From positions 78,404 to 142,403 of the forward strand of contig JAAESI010000030.1 in the NCBI GenBank assembly GCA_024229515.1: a stretch of DNA of 64,000 bases, given 5' to 3'. The notes under the pieces were generated by a model, which was given only the letters and a program-made list of their open reading frames with translations, had not been told where the DNA came from and ran no database searches. The DNA is from Pseudomonadota bacterium (lineage in GTDB: Bacteria; Myxococcota_A; UBA796; UBA9615). Below are positions 19,577 through 34,791 of the stretch, one piece after another (the first letter of the stretch is position 1; every line of letters begins with the position of its first letter). Position numbers and translations under genes: made by a program.

Positions 19577-19585
19577 TGTGGATAA
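19577..19585. promoter_or_regulatory. Perfect DnaA box (TGTGGATAA) upstream of dnaA
   Basis: Reverse complement of TTATCCACA; degenerate boxes nearby, and CTTTCCACA at 18120-18128 beside rpmH. Confidence 0.8.
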
Positions 19586-19709
19586 AACGGGGAAAAAGCC
19601 CCACAACGCCCGTTTACAAGGATGAGAGATCTTCGTTACTACTCATCCATCGCATCGCACCGACGGGCTGGCCTGTCCGACGGTCGCCGAGCGGAGAAGA
19701 AAGAGACTG

Positions 19710-21095
19710 ATGACGGCGCTTGCCCGCTCTGATTGGGACGAGGTCTGTGCACGTGTGCGTCGGGAGGAGGATCCCTTCTTCCACGACCCGTGGCTCGACC
19801 GAATCGCGTTTGTGACCTCCGACGAAAGCAACGTCGTGTTGGCCACTCCGAACCGGCTCTACCTGGAGTTCATCCAGGAGAATCTCGACCCGATCCTGAA
19901 TCGCTATCTGCGCGACATGACCCACCGCGACTGGCACATCGCGTACCAGCTCAGGGAAATGGTCAGGCCGGACTCCAAGGCGGATCTCCCCGCCGTCGAG
20001 CCCGTGCCCGTCGCCTCCCCCGACAACACCAGCACCGCGGCCCCCGCCTCGAGCTACCACTTCCGCCTGAACCCGGGACAGACGTTCCACTCGTTCATCG
20101 TCGGCAGCGGCAACAGCTTCGCCAGCGCGGCATGTCAGGCGGTCGGCGACAACCCGGCCAACAACTACAACCCGCTGTTCATCTTCGGCGGGGTGGGCCT
20201 GGGCAAGACGCACCTCCTCAACGCCATCGGCAACCGCATCATCGAGCGGGACCGGCGGGCGCGGATCGTCTACCTCTCGGCCGAGGACTTCACCAACGAG
20301 ATGATCAACGCGCTGCGGTTCAAGCGGATGGAAGAGTTCCGCGAGAAGTACCGTCGCCGCTGCGACGCCCTCCTGGTCGACGACATCCAGTTCCTCGCGG
20401 GTCGCCTGCGCACGCAGGAAGAGTTCTTCCACACGTTCAACGCCCTGCATGGCAGCGGCCGCCAGATCGTGGTCACCGCCGACCGGTACCCCAAGGACAT
20501 CAAGGGGCTGGAGGAGCGTCTCCGGAGCCGGTTCGACTGGGGCCTGGTGGCGGACGTGCAGCCGCCGGACACCGAGACCAAGGTCGCGATCCTTCGCAAG
20601 AAGGCCGACGACGAGGGGATCGAGCTCCCGCAGGACGTCGCCTTCTTCATCGCGCGGTACGCGACGAACAACATCCGCGGCCTCGAGGGTGCACTGAAGC
20701 GCTTGCTCGCCATGAGCAGCCTGCAGGCCGCCCCGATCACGCTGGAGTTCAGCCGCCGCTGCCTGGAGGGCTACCTCCAGGTCGAAGAGCCGACCGCCTC
20801 GTGCGAGTCGATCACCTCCGGCGTCGCCAAGTTCTTCAACGTGAAGGTGGCCGAGATGAAGGGTCCGCGAAGGACCCGCCAGATCGTCACGCCGCGTCAG
20901 ATCGCCATGTTCCTGGCGCGGAAGCACACGGGCCTGTCGCTGCCGGAGATCGGCAAGCGGTTCGGTGGACGTGACCACACCACGGTCATCCACGCGGTCC
21001 GCAAGATCGACCGGCAGATGAAGGAAGATCAGGCGTTCCGCACGAAGGTGCAGCTGGTCGCTCGATCCATCGGGCTCGCCGCGGACGCCACCTAG
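19710..21095 (+). CDS. dnaA: Chromosomal replication initiator DnaA
   Basis: YNPLFIFGGVGLGKTHLL, LLVDDIQFL, TQEEFFHTFN, RLRSRFDWGL, FGGRDHTTVIHA. Confidence 0.98.
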   Translation: MTALARSDWDEVCARVRREEDPFFHDPWLDRIAFVTSDESNVVLATPNRLYLEFIQENLDPILNRYLRDMTHRDWHIAYQLREMVRPDSKADLPAVEPVPVASPDNTSTAAPASSYHFRLNPGQTFHSFIVGSGNSFASAACQAVGDNPANNYNPLFIFGGVGLGKTHLLNAIGNRIIERDRRARIVYLSAEDFTNEMINALRFKRMEEFREKYRRRCDALLVDDIQFLAGRLRTQEEFFHTFNALHGSGRQIVVTADRYPKDIKGLEERLRSRFDWGLVADVQPPDTETKVAILRKKADDEGIELPQDVAFFIARYATNNIRGLEGALKRLLAMSSLQAAPITLEFSRRCLEGYLQVEEPTASCESITSGVAKFFNVKVAEMKGPRRTRQIVTPRQIAMFLARKHTGLSLPEIGKRFGGRDHTTVIHAVRKIDRQMKEDQAFRTKVQLVARSIGLAADAT

Positions 21096-21373
21096 CCTTC
21101 GATTCGTCCCCTTTTTTGGTTGCCGAGCGCTGTGGATAGGTCGGTGGAATGCCTGTTGAAGCACCTAGGGACAGCATGTTAGAAACTGGCGCCTGCAGCC
21201 GCGGGACCGAGCTGTCCACGGATCTTCCACTTGGGAACTCCACGGTCAGTACACAGGCAAATGGGTAGCGATTTCGCGAATTTAGGTGCGCTCCCCACAG
21301 AATCGGACCTCACTTACTACTACGAGAAGAACAGGATGAAATCCTGATCTCTTAGTCATAGGACAACGACGCA
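21096..21373. other. Putative oriC unwinding region (dnaA-dnaN intergenic)
   Basis: Lower GC; DnaA-box-like TGTGGATAG (21131-21139) and CTCCCCACA (21291-21299), followed by a DnaA-trio-like TTACTACTAC (21314-21323). Confidence 0.75.
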
Positions 21374-22495
21374 ATGGAATTTGTCATCGCCAAGGACGAG
21401 CTCATCCGCGCCCTCGCGCGGGTGCAGGGAATCGTCGAGAAGCGTTCGACCAACCCGATCATCGCCAACGTGCTCCTGGAAGTCGGCGAAGACGGCATGA
21501 AGGTCGCGGCGACCGACACCGAGGTCAGCTTCGTGGGTCGGTATGCCTGCGAGGCCGCCCGGCCCGGCCGTCTGACCCTCGGTGCGCGTCAGCTGTACGA
21601 CATCGCGCGGCTGGTTCCGACGGACACGGTGTCGTTCAACCTCCCCGAGGGTTCGCTCCAGATGGAGATCACCTCGGGCAAGTCCTTCTTCAAGATCCTG
21701 GGCCTGTCCGCGGACGAGTTCCCGGCGGTCCCGGAGCCGGGCGAGGAGGCGGGTGTGCTGCTTCCGATGGCCTCGATCCGCGAGCTCATCGACAAGACGC
21801 TCTTCTCCATCAGCTCCGACGACACCCGCACGGGCCTCAACGGCGCGTACGTGGAGGCCAAGGAGCTGGAGGACGGCACCGTCATGCGATTCGTCGCCAC
21901 CGACGGTCATCGCCTGTCGCTGTGCGGGCGCCCGTTCACGGGTTCCTTCGGCGAGGGACGCAGCCTGCTGCTGCCCAAGAAGGGGCTGGCGGAGCTTCGC
22001 AAGCTCATCGACGACGGTGACGGCGACTGGACCGCGAACTTCGGCGACACCCAGGCGAGCTTCCGCCGCGGGTCGATCTGCTTCTCCATGCGTCTGCTCG
22101 AAGGGGACTTCCCCGACTACGAGCAGGTCGTGCCGAGCAGCTGGCAGCGCCGCGTGATGGTGCAGCGGGACGCGATGATCGCGGCCCTCCGTCGCGTCAG
22201 CATCCTCGCCAGCGAGAAGTCGCACCCGGTGCGCTTCGCGATCATCAACGGCGGCGTCACCGTGACGGCGCGTCAGCCCGAGACCGGCGAGGCCCACGAA
22301 GAGGTCGAGGCCCAGGTCGAAGGTACGGACCTGGAGATCGGCTTCAACGCCCGCTACTTCCGGGACGCCCTCGCGGCGCTGAGCACCGACGTGGTGATGC
22401 TGGAGATCGGTGACTCGCTGAGCCCCTGCCTGATCAAGCCGGGCGACGGCAACAGCGACGAGCTGTTCGTCATCATGCCGATGCGGCTGGAGTAG
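21374..22495 (+). CDS. dnaN: DNA polymerase III beta sliding clamp
   Basis: STNPIIANVLL, ATDTEV, VATDGHRLS, LLEGDFPDYEQV, IGFNARY, VIMPMRL. Confidence 0.97.
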   Translation: MEFVIAKDELIRALARVQGIVEKRSTNPIIANVLLEVGEDGMKVAATDTEVSFVGRYACEAARPGRLTLGARQLYDIARLVPTDTVSFNLPEGSLQMEITSGKSFFKILGLSADEFPAVPEPGEEAGVLLPMASIRELIDKTLFSISSDDTRTGLNGAYVEAKELEDGTVMRFVATDGHRLSLCGRPFTGSFGEGRSLLLPKKGLAELRKLIDDGDGDWTANFGDTQASFRRGSICFSMRLLEGDFPDYEQVVPSSWQRRVMVQRDAMIAALRRVSILASEKSHPVRFAIINGGVTVTARQPETGEAHEEVEAQVEGTDLEIGFNARYFRDALAALSTDVVMLEIGDSLSPCLIKPGDGNSDELFVIMPMRLE

Positions 22496-22502
22496 ATCTC
22501 CG

Positions 22503-23627
22503 CTGCACCTGAAGACCTTAGAGCTCCGCGACTTCCGCAACCTCGCGGCGGTCGATCTGGAGCTGTTCGACGGCCCCTGCGTCTTCTGGGGCGACAACGG
22601 CCAGGGCAAGACCAACCTGCTCGAGGCCGTGTACCTCCTGGGCACCCTCAAGAGCTTCCGCCGCGCTCGCGGCCCCGACATGATCCTCAAGGGCGCCGAG
22701 GTCGCGTCCGTGAAGGGCCGCCTGGTCGCCGGGGGACTGCCCCGCGACTGCGCGGTGTCGCTGACCAAGAAGGGCCTGCAGTTCAAGATCGACGGTAAGT
22801 CGCCCCGCGGGCTCCCGGACTGGTTTGCGCTCATCAAAGCGGTGGCGTTCGTGCCGTCGGACCTGCGGATGGTCGACGGACCGCCCGATCTGCGGCGGGA
22901 GTTCCTCGACCGGGCGGCGTTCACGCTCGATCCGACCTTCCTGGGCATCGCCCGGGAGTACCGGGTGGCCCTCAAACAGAAGAACGCGCTCCTGCGCGAC
23001 AGCAAGCGGATGGGGCGGCCGATCGACCCGACGATGCTGGAGATCTGGAACGACAAGCTGGTGCGAGCCGGCGCGCAAGTGGTGCACCGACGCACCGAGT
23101 TCCTCCGCCAATTCGCCCCGGTCTTCCGAGAAGTTCACAAGGGCATCACCGCCGCCGCGAAGGGTCGGGCGGAGTTCCGATATCGGGGCTGCGTGGGCAC
23201 TGAGGCGCTCGCAGACGGGATTTCGAGCATCGAGGCAGCCCTGGGCACCAAGGTTGCGGCTGCGGCGGCACAGGAGGCGAGGAGGGGCTTTTGTGTCGCC
23301 GGCCCTCACCGGGACGATTGGGAGCTTCGGGTCGGTGGAGAACCGCTGCGGAGCTTCGGAAGTCAGGGCCAGGTGCGCTCGGCGGCGCTGTCGATGAGGA
23401 TCGGTCAGATGGTGCTCGCCAAGCGGGTCAGCGGCGTCTGTCCGCTCTTCCTCCTGGACGACGTCAGCAGCGAGTTGGACCCCCACCGAAACGCCCATTT
23501 GATGTCCCTGCTGCTCGACCTGGAGGCCCAGGTTTTGATCACCACGACCCACCGGGACAACCTCCGGCTCGACGCTGGCGCGTACAAGTCCTGGAACGTG
23601 CGTACGGGGACGCTGTCGCCTGACTGA
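22503..23627 (+). CDS. recF: DNA replication/repair protein RecF
   Basis: (L)HLKTLELRDFRNL...GDNGQGKTNLLEAV, GPHRDD, SQGQ, LLDDVSSELD. The N-terminus begins at a CTG at 22503. Confidence 0.95.
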   Translation: MHLKTLELRDFRNLAAVDLELFDGPCVFWGDNGQGKTNLLEAVYLLGTLKSFRRARGPDMILKGAEVASVKGRLVAGGLPRDCAVSLTKKGLQFKIDGKSPRGLPDWFALIKAVAFVPSDLRMVDGPPDLRREFLDRAAFTLDPTFLGIAREYRVALKQKNALLRDSKRMGRPIDPTMLEIWNDKLVRAGAQVVHRRTEFLRQFAPVFREVHKGITAAAKGRAEFRYRGCVGTEALADGISSIEAALGTKVAAAAAQEARRGFCVAGPHRDDWELRVGGEPLRSFGSQGQVRSAALSMRIGQMVLAKRVSGVCPLFLLDDVSSELDPHRNAHLMSLLLDLEAQVLITTTHRDNLRLDAGAYKSWNVRTGTLSPD

Positions 23628-23639
23628 TCGAGGTGCTAG

Positions 23640-26171
<2,532 letters not shown>

Positions 26172-26182
26172 GGGAGGACGGA

Positions 26183-27190
26183 ATGGCTCACGACGCAGCA
26201 ACGAAGATCTGGGGCACGGGCTTCTACGTCCCGCCCACGGTCGTCACCAACGACGATCTGGCGAAGCGGTTCGATACGTCGGACGAGTGGATTCAGCAGC
26301 GCTCCGGCATCAAGGAGCGTCGCTACTCCACCGCCGAGGACACGCCCGCGGCCATGGGGGAGAAGGCTGCGCGCAAGGCGATCGAGGACGCCGGACTCGA
26401 GGTCTCCGACATCGACACGATCATCGTCGCGTCGCTGTCGCCGGACCACGATTTCCCCGGCGTCGCGTGCTTCGTGCAGCACCGCCTGGGACTCCCCGGG
26501 ACGGCCTGCATCGACATCCGAAACCAGTGCACGGGGCTGCTGTACAGCCTCGCCACGGCGGATGCGTTCATCCGCGTGGGGCAGGCCAAGCACGTGCTCG
26601 TCATCGGCACCGAGGTGCACTCCACGGGGCTGGACTTCAGCAACGAGGGTCGCGACGTGACGGTGCTGTTCGGGGACGGCGCCGCTGCCATGGTGGTCGG
26701 CCCCACGGACGACCCCAAGCGGGGGTTCCTGACCCACTGCCTGCGGGCGGACGGCTCGGGCGCCAAGCAGCTCTGGATCCCCGCCCCGGGCTCCAGCTAC
26801 TTCCCCCACCGAGCCCCCAAGTCGATGTACGAGGACCGCTCGATGTACCCGCAGATGAACGGGCGGGCGGTCTTCAAGTTCGCGTGCACGAAGCTGCCGG
26901 AGATCATCGGCGAGGCGCTCGCCAAGACCGGCTACGGGCAGGACGACATCGATGTGCTGGTTCCCCACCAGGCGAACATGCGCATCAACGAGATGGTCGC
27001 CAAGCAGTTGGGCTTCCCGCAGGACAAGGTCGTCCACAACATCCAGAAGTACGGCAACACGACAGCGGCATCCGTTGGGATCGCCTTCCACGAAGCGAAG
27101 CAAGATGGGCGCATCCAGGAAGGCTCGTTGGTGATGCTCGCGGCGTTCGGCAGCGGGTTCACCTGGGCGGCCTCGCTGGTGCGGATCTAA
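26183..27190 (+). CDS. fabH: Beta-ketoacyl-ACP synthase III (FabH family)
   Basis: DTSDEWIQQRSGIKERR, catalytic Cys (NQCTG), LFGDGA, PHQAN, GNTTAAS, FGSGFTW. ATG at 26183 follows GGAGG. Confidence 0.9.
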   Translation: MAHDAATKIWGTGFYVPPTVVTNDDLAKRFDTSDEWIQQRSGIKERRYSTAEDTPAAMGEKAARKAIEDAGLEVSDIDTIIVASLSPDHDFPGVACFVQHRLGLPGTACIDIRNQCTGLLYSLATADAFIRVGQAKHVLVIGTEVHSTGLDFSNEGRDVTVLFGDGAAAMVVGPTDDPKRGFLTHCLRADGSGAKQLWIPAPGSSYFPHRAPKSMYEDRSMYPQMNGRAVFKFACTKLPEIIGEALAKTGYGQDDIDVLVPHQANMRINEMVAKQLGFPQDKVVHNIQKYGNTTAASVGIAFHEAKQDGRIQEGSLVMLAAFGSGFTWAASLVRI

Positions 27191-27199
27191 GGAGCAGCC

Positions 27200-28114
27200 A
27201 TCCCCCTCGAGATCGCCGACAAGCGCGTCATCTTCGTCACCGGCAAGGGTGGCACCGGGAAGACCGCCATTTGCGTGGGCCTCGCCAGGACTCTGGCGCG
27301 GCGGGGGCGACGTGTGCTCGTGCTGGAGATCGACGCCCCGCGGCCCAACCTGCCCAGCTACTTCGGCGGCGAATCGACGTACCAGCCGCGGGTGTTGGCG
27401 CCCCGGATCGACGGCGCGAACCTCGACTTCGACAACTGCCTGCAGAGCTACGTGGAGTCGGTGGTCCCGGTGAAGCGGGTCGTCGGCGTGGTGCTGCGGA
27501 ACAAGGTCGTGAAGATCTTCCTGTCGGCGACCCCAGGCGCGCGCGAGCTCGTGCTCTTGTCGCGGATCTGGGAGCACAGCTTCGACCCGCGGTGGGACCA
27601 CATCGTGGTGGATCTTCCGGCGTCGGGGCACGCCGTGGCGCTGTTCAAGTGCCCGTCGCTGGCCCAGAAGACCTTCGCCCGCGGACCCGTGTTCACCCGG
27701 GCCGGTGAGGTGAAGGAGCGGTTCTCCGACCCGGCCGTGGCCACGCTGCTGTTCGCGTCGCTGCCGGGCGAGATGCCGATCAACGAGACCATCGAGACCC
27801 GCAGCCAACTCCTGGCGTTGGGGCTCCCGCCGTTGGGTGGGTTCTTGCTCAACCGGTACCCAGACGAGGTCTTCACGGACAAGGACAACGAACTGCTCGA
27901 CGCCCTCGTGGAGTCCGAGGCGCCGCCAATGGTGGCGCAGGCGGCCGAGGCGGCGTGGGTCGTTCGCCGTGAGCAGCACATCGCCAGCGAAGGGCTCGAG
28001 CGGCTGTACGACGAGTTCGGTCGCGAGGAGTCGTTCACCCTCCCGGTGGTCCCGGGCACGCACGACCAGGTGGCCGAGAGCTTCAGCCTCGTGTTCGGGG
28101 TGTTCGTCGCATGA
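27200..28114 (+). CDS. ArsA/Get3-family ATPase (Rv3679/BagA-like)
   Basis: VIFVTGKGGTGKT Walker A upstream of the ORF-track start, ATPGAREL, VVDLPASGH, LPGEMPINETIE. Apparent ATC start at 27200 after AAGGAG. Confidence 0.85.
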   Translation: MPLEIADKRVIFVTGKGGTGKTAICVGLARTLARRGRRVLVLEIDAPRPNLPSYFGGESTYQPRVLAPRIDGANLDFDNCLQSYVESVVPVKRVVGVVLRNKVVKIFLSATPGARELVLLSRIWEHSFDPRWDHIVVDLPASGHAVALFKCPSLAQKTFARGPVFTRAGEVKERFSDPAVATLLFASLPGEMPINETIETRSQLLALGLPPLGGFLLNRYPDEVFTDKDNELLDALVESEAPPMVAQAAEAAWVVRREQHIASEGLERLYDEFGREESFTLPVVPGTHDQVAESFSLVFGVFVA

Positions 28115-29330
28115 GCACCAAACACCAGGGCCTCACCGAGGCGCAGTCTGTCCTCAAGGACGTGATCCGCAACCGCGGTCTGCTCATCTGCGTGGGCAGC
28201 GGCGGCGTGGGCAAGACGACGACCGCCGCCAGCATCGGGATCCAGGCTGCGATCGAGGGACGCCGCGTCTGCGTGGTCACCATCGACCCGGCGCGCCGGC
28301 TGGCCAACTCGCTCGGCCTGGAGGCCCTCGGCAACGACGAGCGGCAGATTCCGCTGAGCAAGTTCACCGAGTTCGGGGTCGAGCCCAAGGGCACGCTCCA
28401 CGCGATGATGTTGGACACCCAGACGACGTTCAACGAGCTCATCCGCGACGTCTCCCCGGACGACGAGACGCGCGAGCGCATCCTCAAGAACCGCGTCTAC
28501 ATGCACCTGTCGGACACGCTGTCGGCGTCGCACGACTACATGGCGAGCGAGAAGCTCTACGACCTGCACAACAGCGGGCGGTACGACCTCGTCGTGCTGG
28601 ACACCCCCCCGATGAAGAACGCCATCGACTTCCTGGAGGCGTCCGGTCGTCTGAGCCGGTTCCTGGACGACCGGATCGTGGGCTGGTTCCTCAAGCCCCA
28701 CGAGGGCGAGCGCCGCTTCGGACTCAGCCTGCTGCAGGCGCCCGGCGCGCTGGTCTACAAGCTCCTGGGCAACGTCTTCGGCTCGGACTTCCTGGACGAG
28801 ATCGCGGAGTTCTTCCTCGCCTTCAAGGACCTGCTCGCCGGCTTCAAGGATCGCGCGGACGCGGTCTCGGCGTTGCTGCGGGATCCGGCGCTGACCAAGT
28901 TCGTCATCGTCTGCACGCCGCAGAGCACGTCGATGGAGGAGGCTCGCTACTTCCACCGCCAGCTGGAAGAGCGGCGGATGCCCGGGGGCTACTTCATCGT
29001 CAACTGCGTGGGCCGCTACGGAAGCTGCAAGCGGGACCCGGAGACGAACCACTACCTGGTCGAGTCGGACCGCGCGTTCATGCGCACCGAGCTGACGGAC
29101 CACGCCTCGCCCAAGAAGATTAGGACCTTTACCCAACGCCTGGAGGCGCACTTCGACCGCAGCGTCGCGATGGCTCGTGATGACGAGCACGCCATCGCGG
29201 GACTGCGGGGCTTTGCCGGTTCGAGGGCGGTCGTCGCGACGATCCCCCGCATGCCGGAAGACATCTATGACTTCGACGGCCTCCTGGCCATCGATCGACA
29301 TCTCTTCGGAGATTTGGAGCTGACTGCCTG

Positions 29331-29331
<1 letters not shown>
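28111..29331 (+). CDS. ArsA/Get3-family ATPase (Rv3680/BagB-like)
   Basis: [49 protein letters not shown]. Confidence 0.9.
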
Positions 29332-31944
<2,613 letters not shown>

Positions 31945-31973
<29 letters not shown>

Positions 31974-32778
31974 CTTCGCGCTGATGGCGCTCCTCGTGCT
32001 GGCCGCCTGCGGAGGCGACCGGCCCGAGGACGCCGTGCGTGAAGCCGATCACCTGTTCGGACAGGGCCACTGGGAGGAGGCGGCAGCGGCGTACGCGAGC
32101 CTTCCCCCGGAAGTCGGTCGCTGGCGTGCCTACGGCGCGTGGCGGGCGGCCGTGGTCTACCGCGACGGATTGCAGGATCTGCCCCGAGCCCGGGAAGCGT
32201 TCGAGGCGTGTGCCAAGACGTGGGCCGATGACGAGTGGGGCTACACCTGCCAGGTGGACCTCGCCGATCTGCTCCGAGACTCCGGCGAGCCCCGGGACGC
32301 CATCGGCGCCTACCGAACCGCGGTGGAGATGCGCCCCAACGGAGCCCATCTGCAGCAGTGCCTGCTGTCGTCCGGCCGGGCCTACCTGACGCTGGGGCAG
32401 CCCGAGCAGGCGCGGGTGGAGTGGGAGGAGCTGCTGCAGCGCTTCCCCACCAGCGCCCATGCCCCGATCGTGGCGCTGGAGATGGCGCGGTCGTTCGATC
32501 TCCAGGGCGATCACAAGGGCGCGCTGGCGGCCTACCAGGACGTGCAGGACCGCTTCAGTACCCACTCGGTGGCCCCCCTGGCGGCCTTCGGCGAGGGCGA
32601 AGCGCTCGAGCAGTTGGGGCGCCTGGAAGAGGCCGAAGCCAAGTTCGTGGCGGCGATGGAAGTGCACCCCAACCCCGGGGCGGTGCAGATCAAGCTGGAC
32701 TCGGTGCGGGAGCGACGACAGCGTCGCGAGCAGGATGAGTCCTCGGTCATGGACCACGGCGTGAAGCTCAATCGATAG
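31945..32778 (+). CDS. Tetratricopeptide-repeat lipoprotein (CpoB/BamD-like repeats)
   Basis: Lipobox VLAAC, repeated helical TPR units ([23 protein letters not shown]). Start is CTG 31945 (after GGAGG) or ATG 31984. Confidence 0.75.
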
Positions 32779-32788
32779 GAGGCAGGTG

Positions 32789-34069
32789 ATGGCAGATCGC
32801 AGGCGAAGCGCGGAGTTGATGAAGCGGGCCGAAGCCCGCATCCCCGGGGGCGTGAACAGCCCCGTGCGAGCGTGGTCGGCAGTCGGCGGTTCGCCGCCGT
32901 TCATCGAGGCCGGCGAGGGCTGCCGGGTCCGCGACGCCGACGGCAACTGGTACATCGACTACATCGGCTCATGGGGTCCGCTGATCCTGGGCCACCGCCC
33001 GCACGCCGTGACCGAGGCCCTTCGCGAGGTGTTGGAGTCCGGCACCAGCTTCGGGGCCCCCACCGAGCGGGAGGTCGTCTTCGCCGAGACCATCTGCGCG
33101 CGGGTGCCCGGCTGCGACCTCGTGCGCCTCGTGAACTCGGGCACAGAGGCGACCATGTCGGCGCTTCGGCTGGCCCGTGGCGCGACCGGCCGGGACCTCA
33201 TCGTCAAGTTCGAGGGCAACTACCACGGGCACAGCGACGGGCTGCTCGTGGCCGCTGGATCCGGCGCGGAGACGCTCGGTCAGCCCGACAGCCCCGGCGT
33301 GCCGGCGGCGATCGCCAACCTGACGCTGTCCCTCCCCTACAACGACGCCGCTGCCCTGGAGTCCACGTTCGCGGCCCACGGCGACGACATCGCCGCCGTC
33401 ATCTTCGAGCCGGTGGCGGGGAACATGGGCTGCGTGCCCCCCGAGGACGACTTCCTCAGCGCGCTGCAGTCGCTGTGCCGCACCCACGGCTCGGTGCTGA
33501 TCGCCGACGAGGTGATGACCGGGTTCCGGGTCGCCTCCGGCGGCGCCATCGAGCGCTTCGGCATCGACGCTGATCTCGTCTGCCTCGGCAAGGTGATCGG
33601 CGGCGGGCTGCCCGTCGGAGCCTACGGCGGCAAGGCCGAGTTGATGTCCCAGATGGCCCCCGCGGGGCCCATCTATCAGGCCGGAACCCTGTCGGGGAAC
33701 CCGCTTGCGGTGGCCGCCGGCCAGGCGATGCTCGATGCCCTCGGCCCTGGCACCTACGACCGGCTGGAGGCCAGCGCGGCCCACCTCGAAGCCGGTATCA
33801 CCGCCGCCATCGCCAAGAACGGCGGCGGCGCCCGCGTGCAGCGGGTCGGCTCGATGATGGCGGTCTACTTCCGCGACGATCCGGTGCGTTGCCTGGCGGA
33901 TGCGCGAACCTGCGATCTGGAGCGGTTCGGGCGCGTGTTCCACGGCCTGCTGGACCGCGGCGTCTCGATCGCCCCCTCGGCGTACGAGGCGGCGTTCGTC
34001 TCGACCGTCCACGACGATGAGGCGCTCGACGCCACCATCGCCGCCTGGGACCGCGCGCTCGCCCTCTGA
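32789..34069 (+). CDS. hemL: Glutamate-1-semialdehyde 2,1-aminomutase
   Basis: IPGGVNSPVRA, VNSGTEATMSALRLAR, FEGNYHGH, DEVMTGFR, GKVIGGGLPVG, QAGTLSGNP. Confidence 0.97.
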   Translation: MADRRRSAELMKRAEARIPGGVNSPVRAWSAVGGSPPFIEAGEGCRVRDADGNWYIDYIGSWGPLILGHRPHAVTEALREVLESGTSFGAPTEREVVFAETICARVPGCDLVRLVNSGTEATMSALRLARGATGRDLIVKFEGNYHGHSDGLLVAAGSGAETLGQPDSPGVPAAIANLTLSLPYNDAAALESTFAAHGDDIAAVIFEPVAGNMGCVPPEDDFLSALQSLCRTHGSVLIADEVMTGFRVASGGAIERFGIDADLVCLGKVIGGGLPVGAYGGKAELMSQMAPAGPIYQAGTLSGNPLAVAAGQAMLDALGPGTYDRLEASAAHLEAGITAAIAKNGGGARVQRVGSMMAVYFRDDPVRCLADARTCDLERFGRVFHGLLDRGVSIAPSAYEAAFVSTVHDDEALDATIAAWDRALAL

Positions 34070-34075
34070 ACCAAC

Positions 34076-34639
34076 TCAGCCCTCGCAGAGCCCGACTGGG
34101 TCGCGCGTTTGGGCGGTGTGCGGGGAGGGGCGGGGCTTCCGTGTCGGGAACCGGCCATCGGGCCTCGGAGCGAAGAACCCCAAGGTCGGTCGCGCGGCCA
34201 GCCGGCGGTGCATCTCGCGATAGAACCAAAGGTGGAGGTGAACCGGCTTCCTTGCGTCGATGTTGACGTCGTGGCTGGAGTACACCTCCCATCTGAGATC
34301 GCCCCGCCTCCCGGGTCCGCGTCCATCAAGCTTCGCGAACAGCGACAGGACGTGGGCCCCTTCAGTCGCTTCGCCTTTGTACAGCGTGGCCGTGGAGTCG
34401 CCTCGCAGTCCGTGGCGGCTCAAGTCGTACAGATCTCCGCCGTCGAAGATGGTCTCACCATCACGGCAGACACGCAGCTTCGTCAGCCTGAAGCCCCGAC
34501 CGAGGTCGATCCTGGATTCGAGTTCGAATTGCCCGGTGCTTCGGACAGCTTCGTCGCCGGCCGCGGGCGCGGGCTGGAGAGCCAGAAGGAGCACGCTCCC
34601 GGAGACCACCAGCGCCGCAGCTATCCCCCGATTCACCAC
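34076..34639 (-). CDS. Hypothetical secreted protein
   Basis: Signal-peptide-like N-terminus and beta-rich body; begins 17 bp downstream of the duplicated thrC stop. Confidence 0.6.
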   Translation of the reverse strand: MVNRGIAAALVVSGSVLLLALQPAPAAGDEAVRSTGQFELESRIDLGRGFRLTKLRVCRDGETIFDGGDLYDLSRHGLRGDSTATLYKGEATEGAHVLSLFAKLDGRGPGRRGDLRWEVYSSHDVNIDARKPVHLHLWFYREMHRRLAARPTLGFFAPRPDGRFPTRKPRPSPHTAQTRDPVGLCEG

Positions 34640-34655
34640 GGGAGACTATCGCAGC

Positions 34656-34742
34656 CTACTCGCCGTAGTTCAGAGGATGCGCGGTATTGAAGATCACGGC
34701 GACGTCGTTCCGGTCGATCCAGCCCTTGCTCCGCAACTGACG
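34656..34742 (-). repeat. Diverged duplicate of the thrC 3' end (matches 35578-35664)
   Basis: Encodes RQLRSKGWIDRNDVAVIFNTAHPLNYGE* versus thrC RQLRSKGWIDRNDITVIFNTGHALNYGE*; 74/87 nt identical by manual alignment. Confidence 0.92.
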
Positions 34743-34791
34743 GTCCACCACGCGACCGCGCCGCCTCGACAATCAGCATCGGTGGGCCCGA

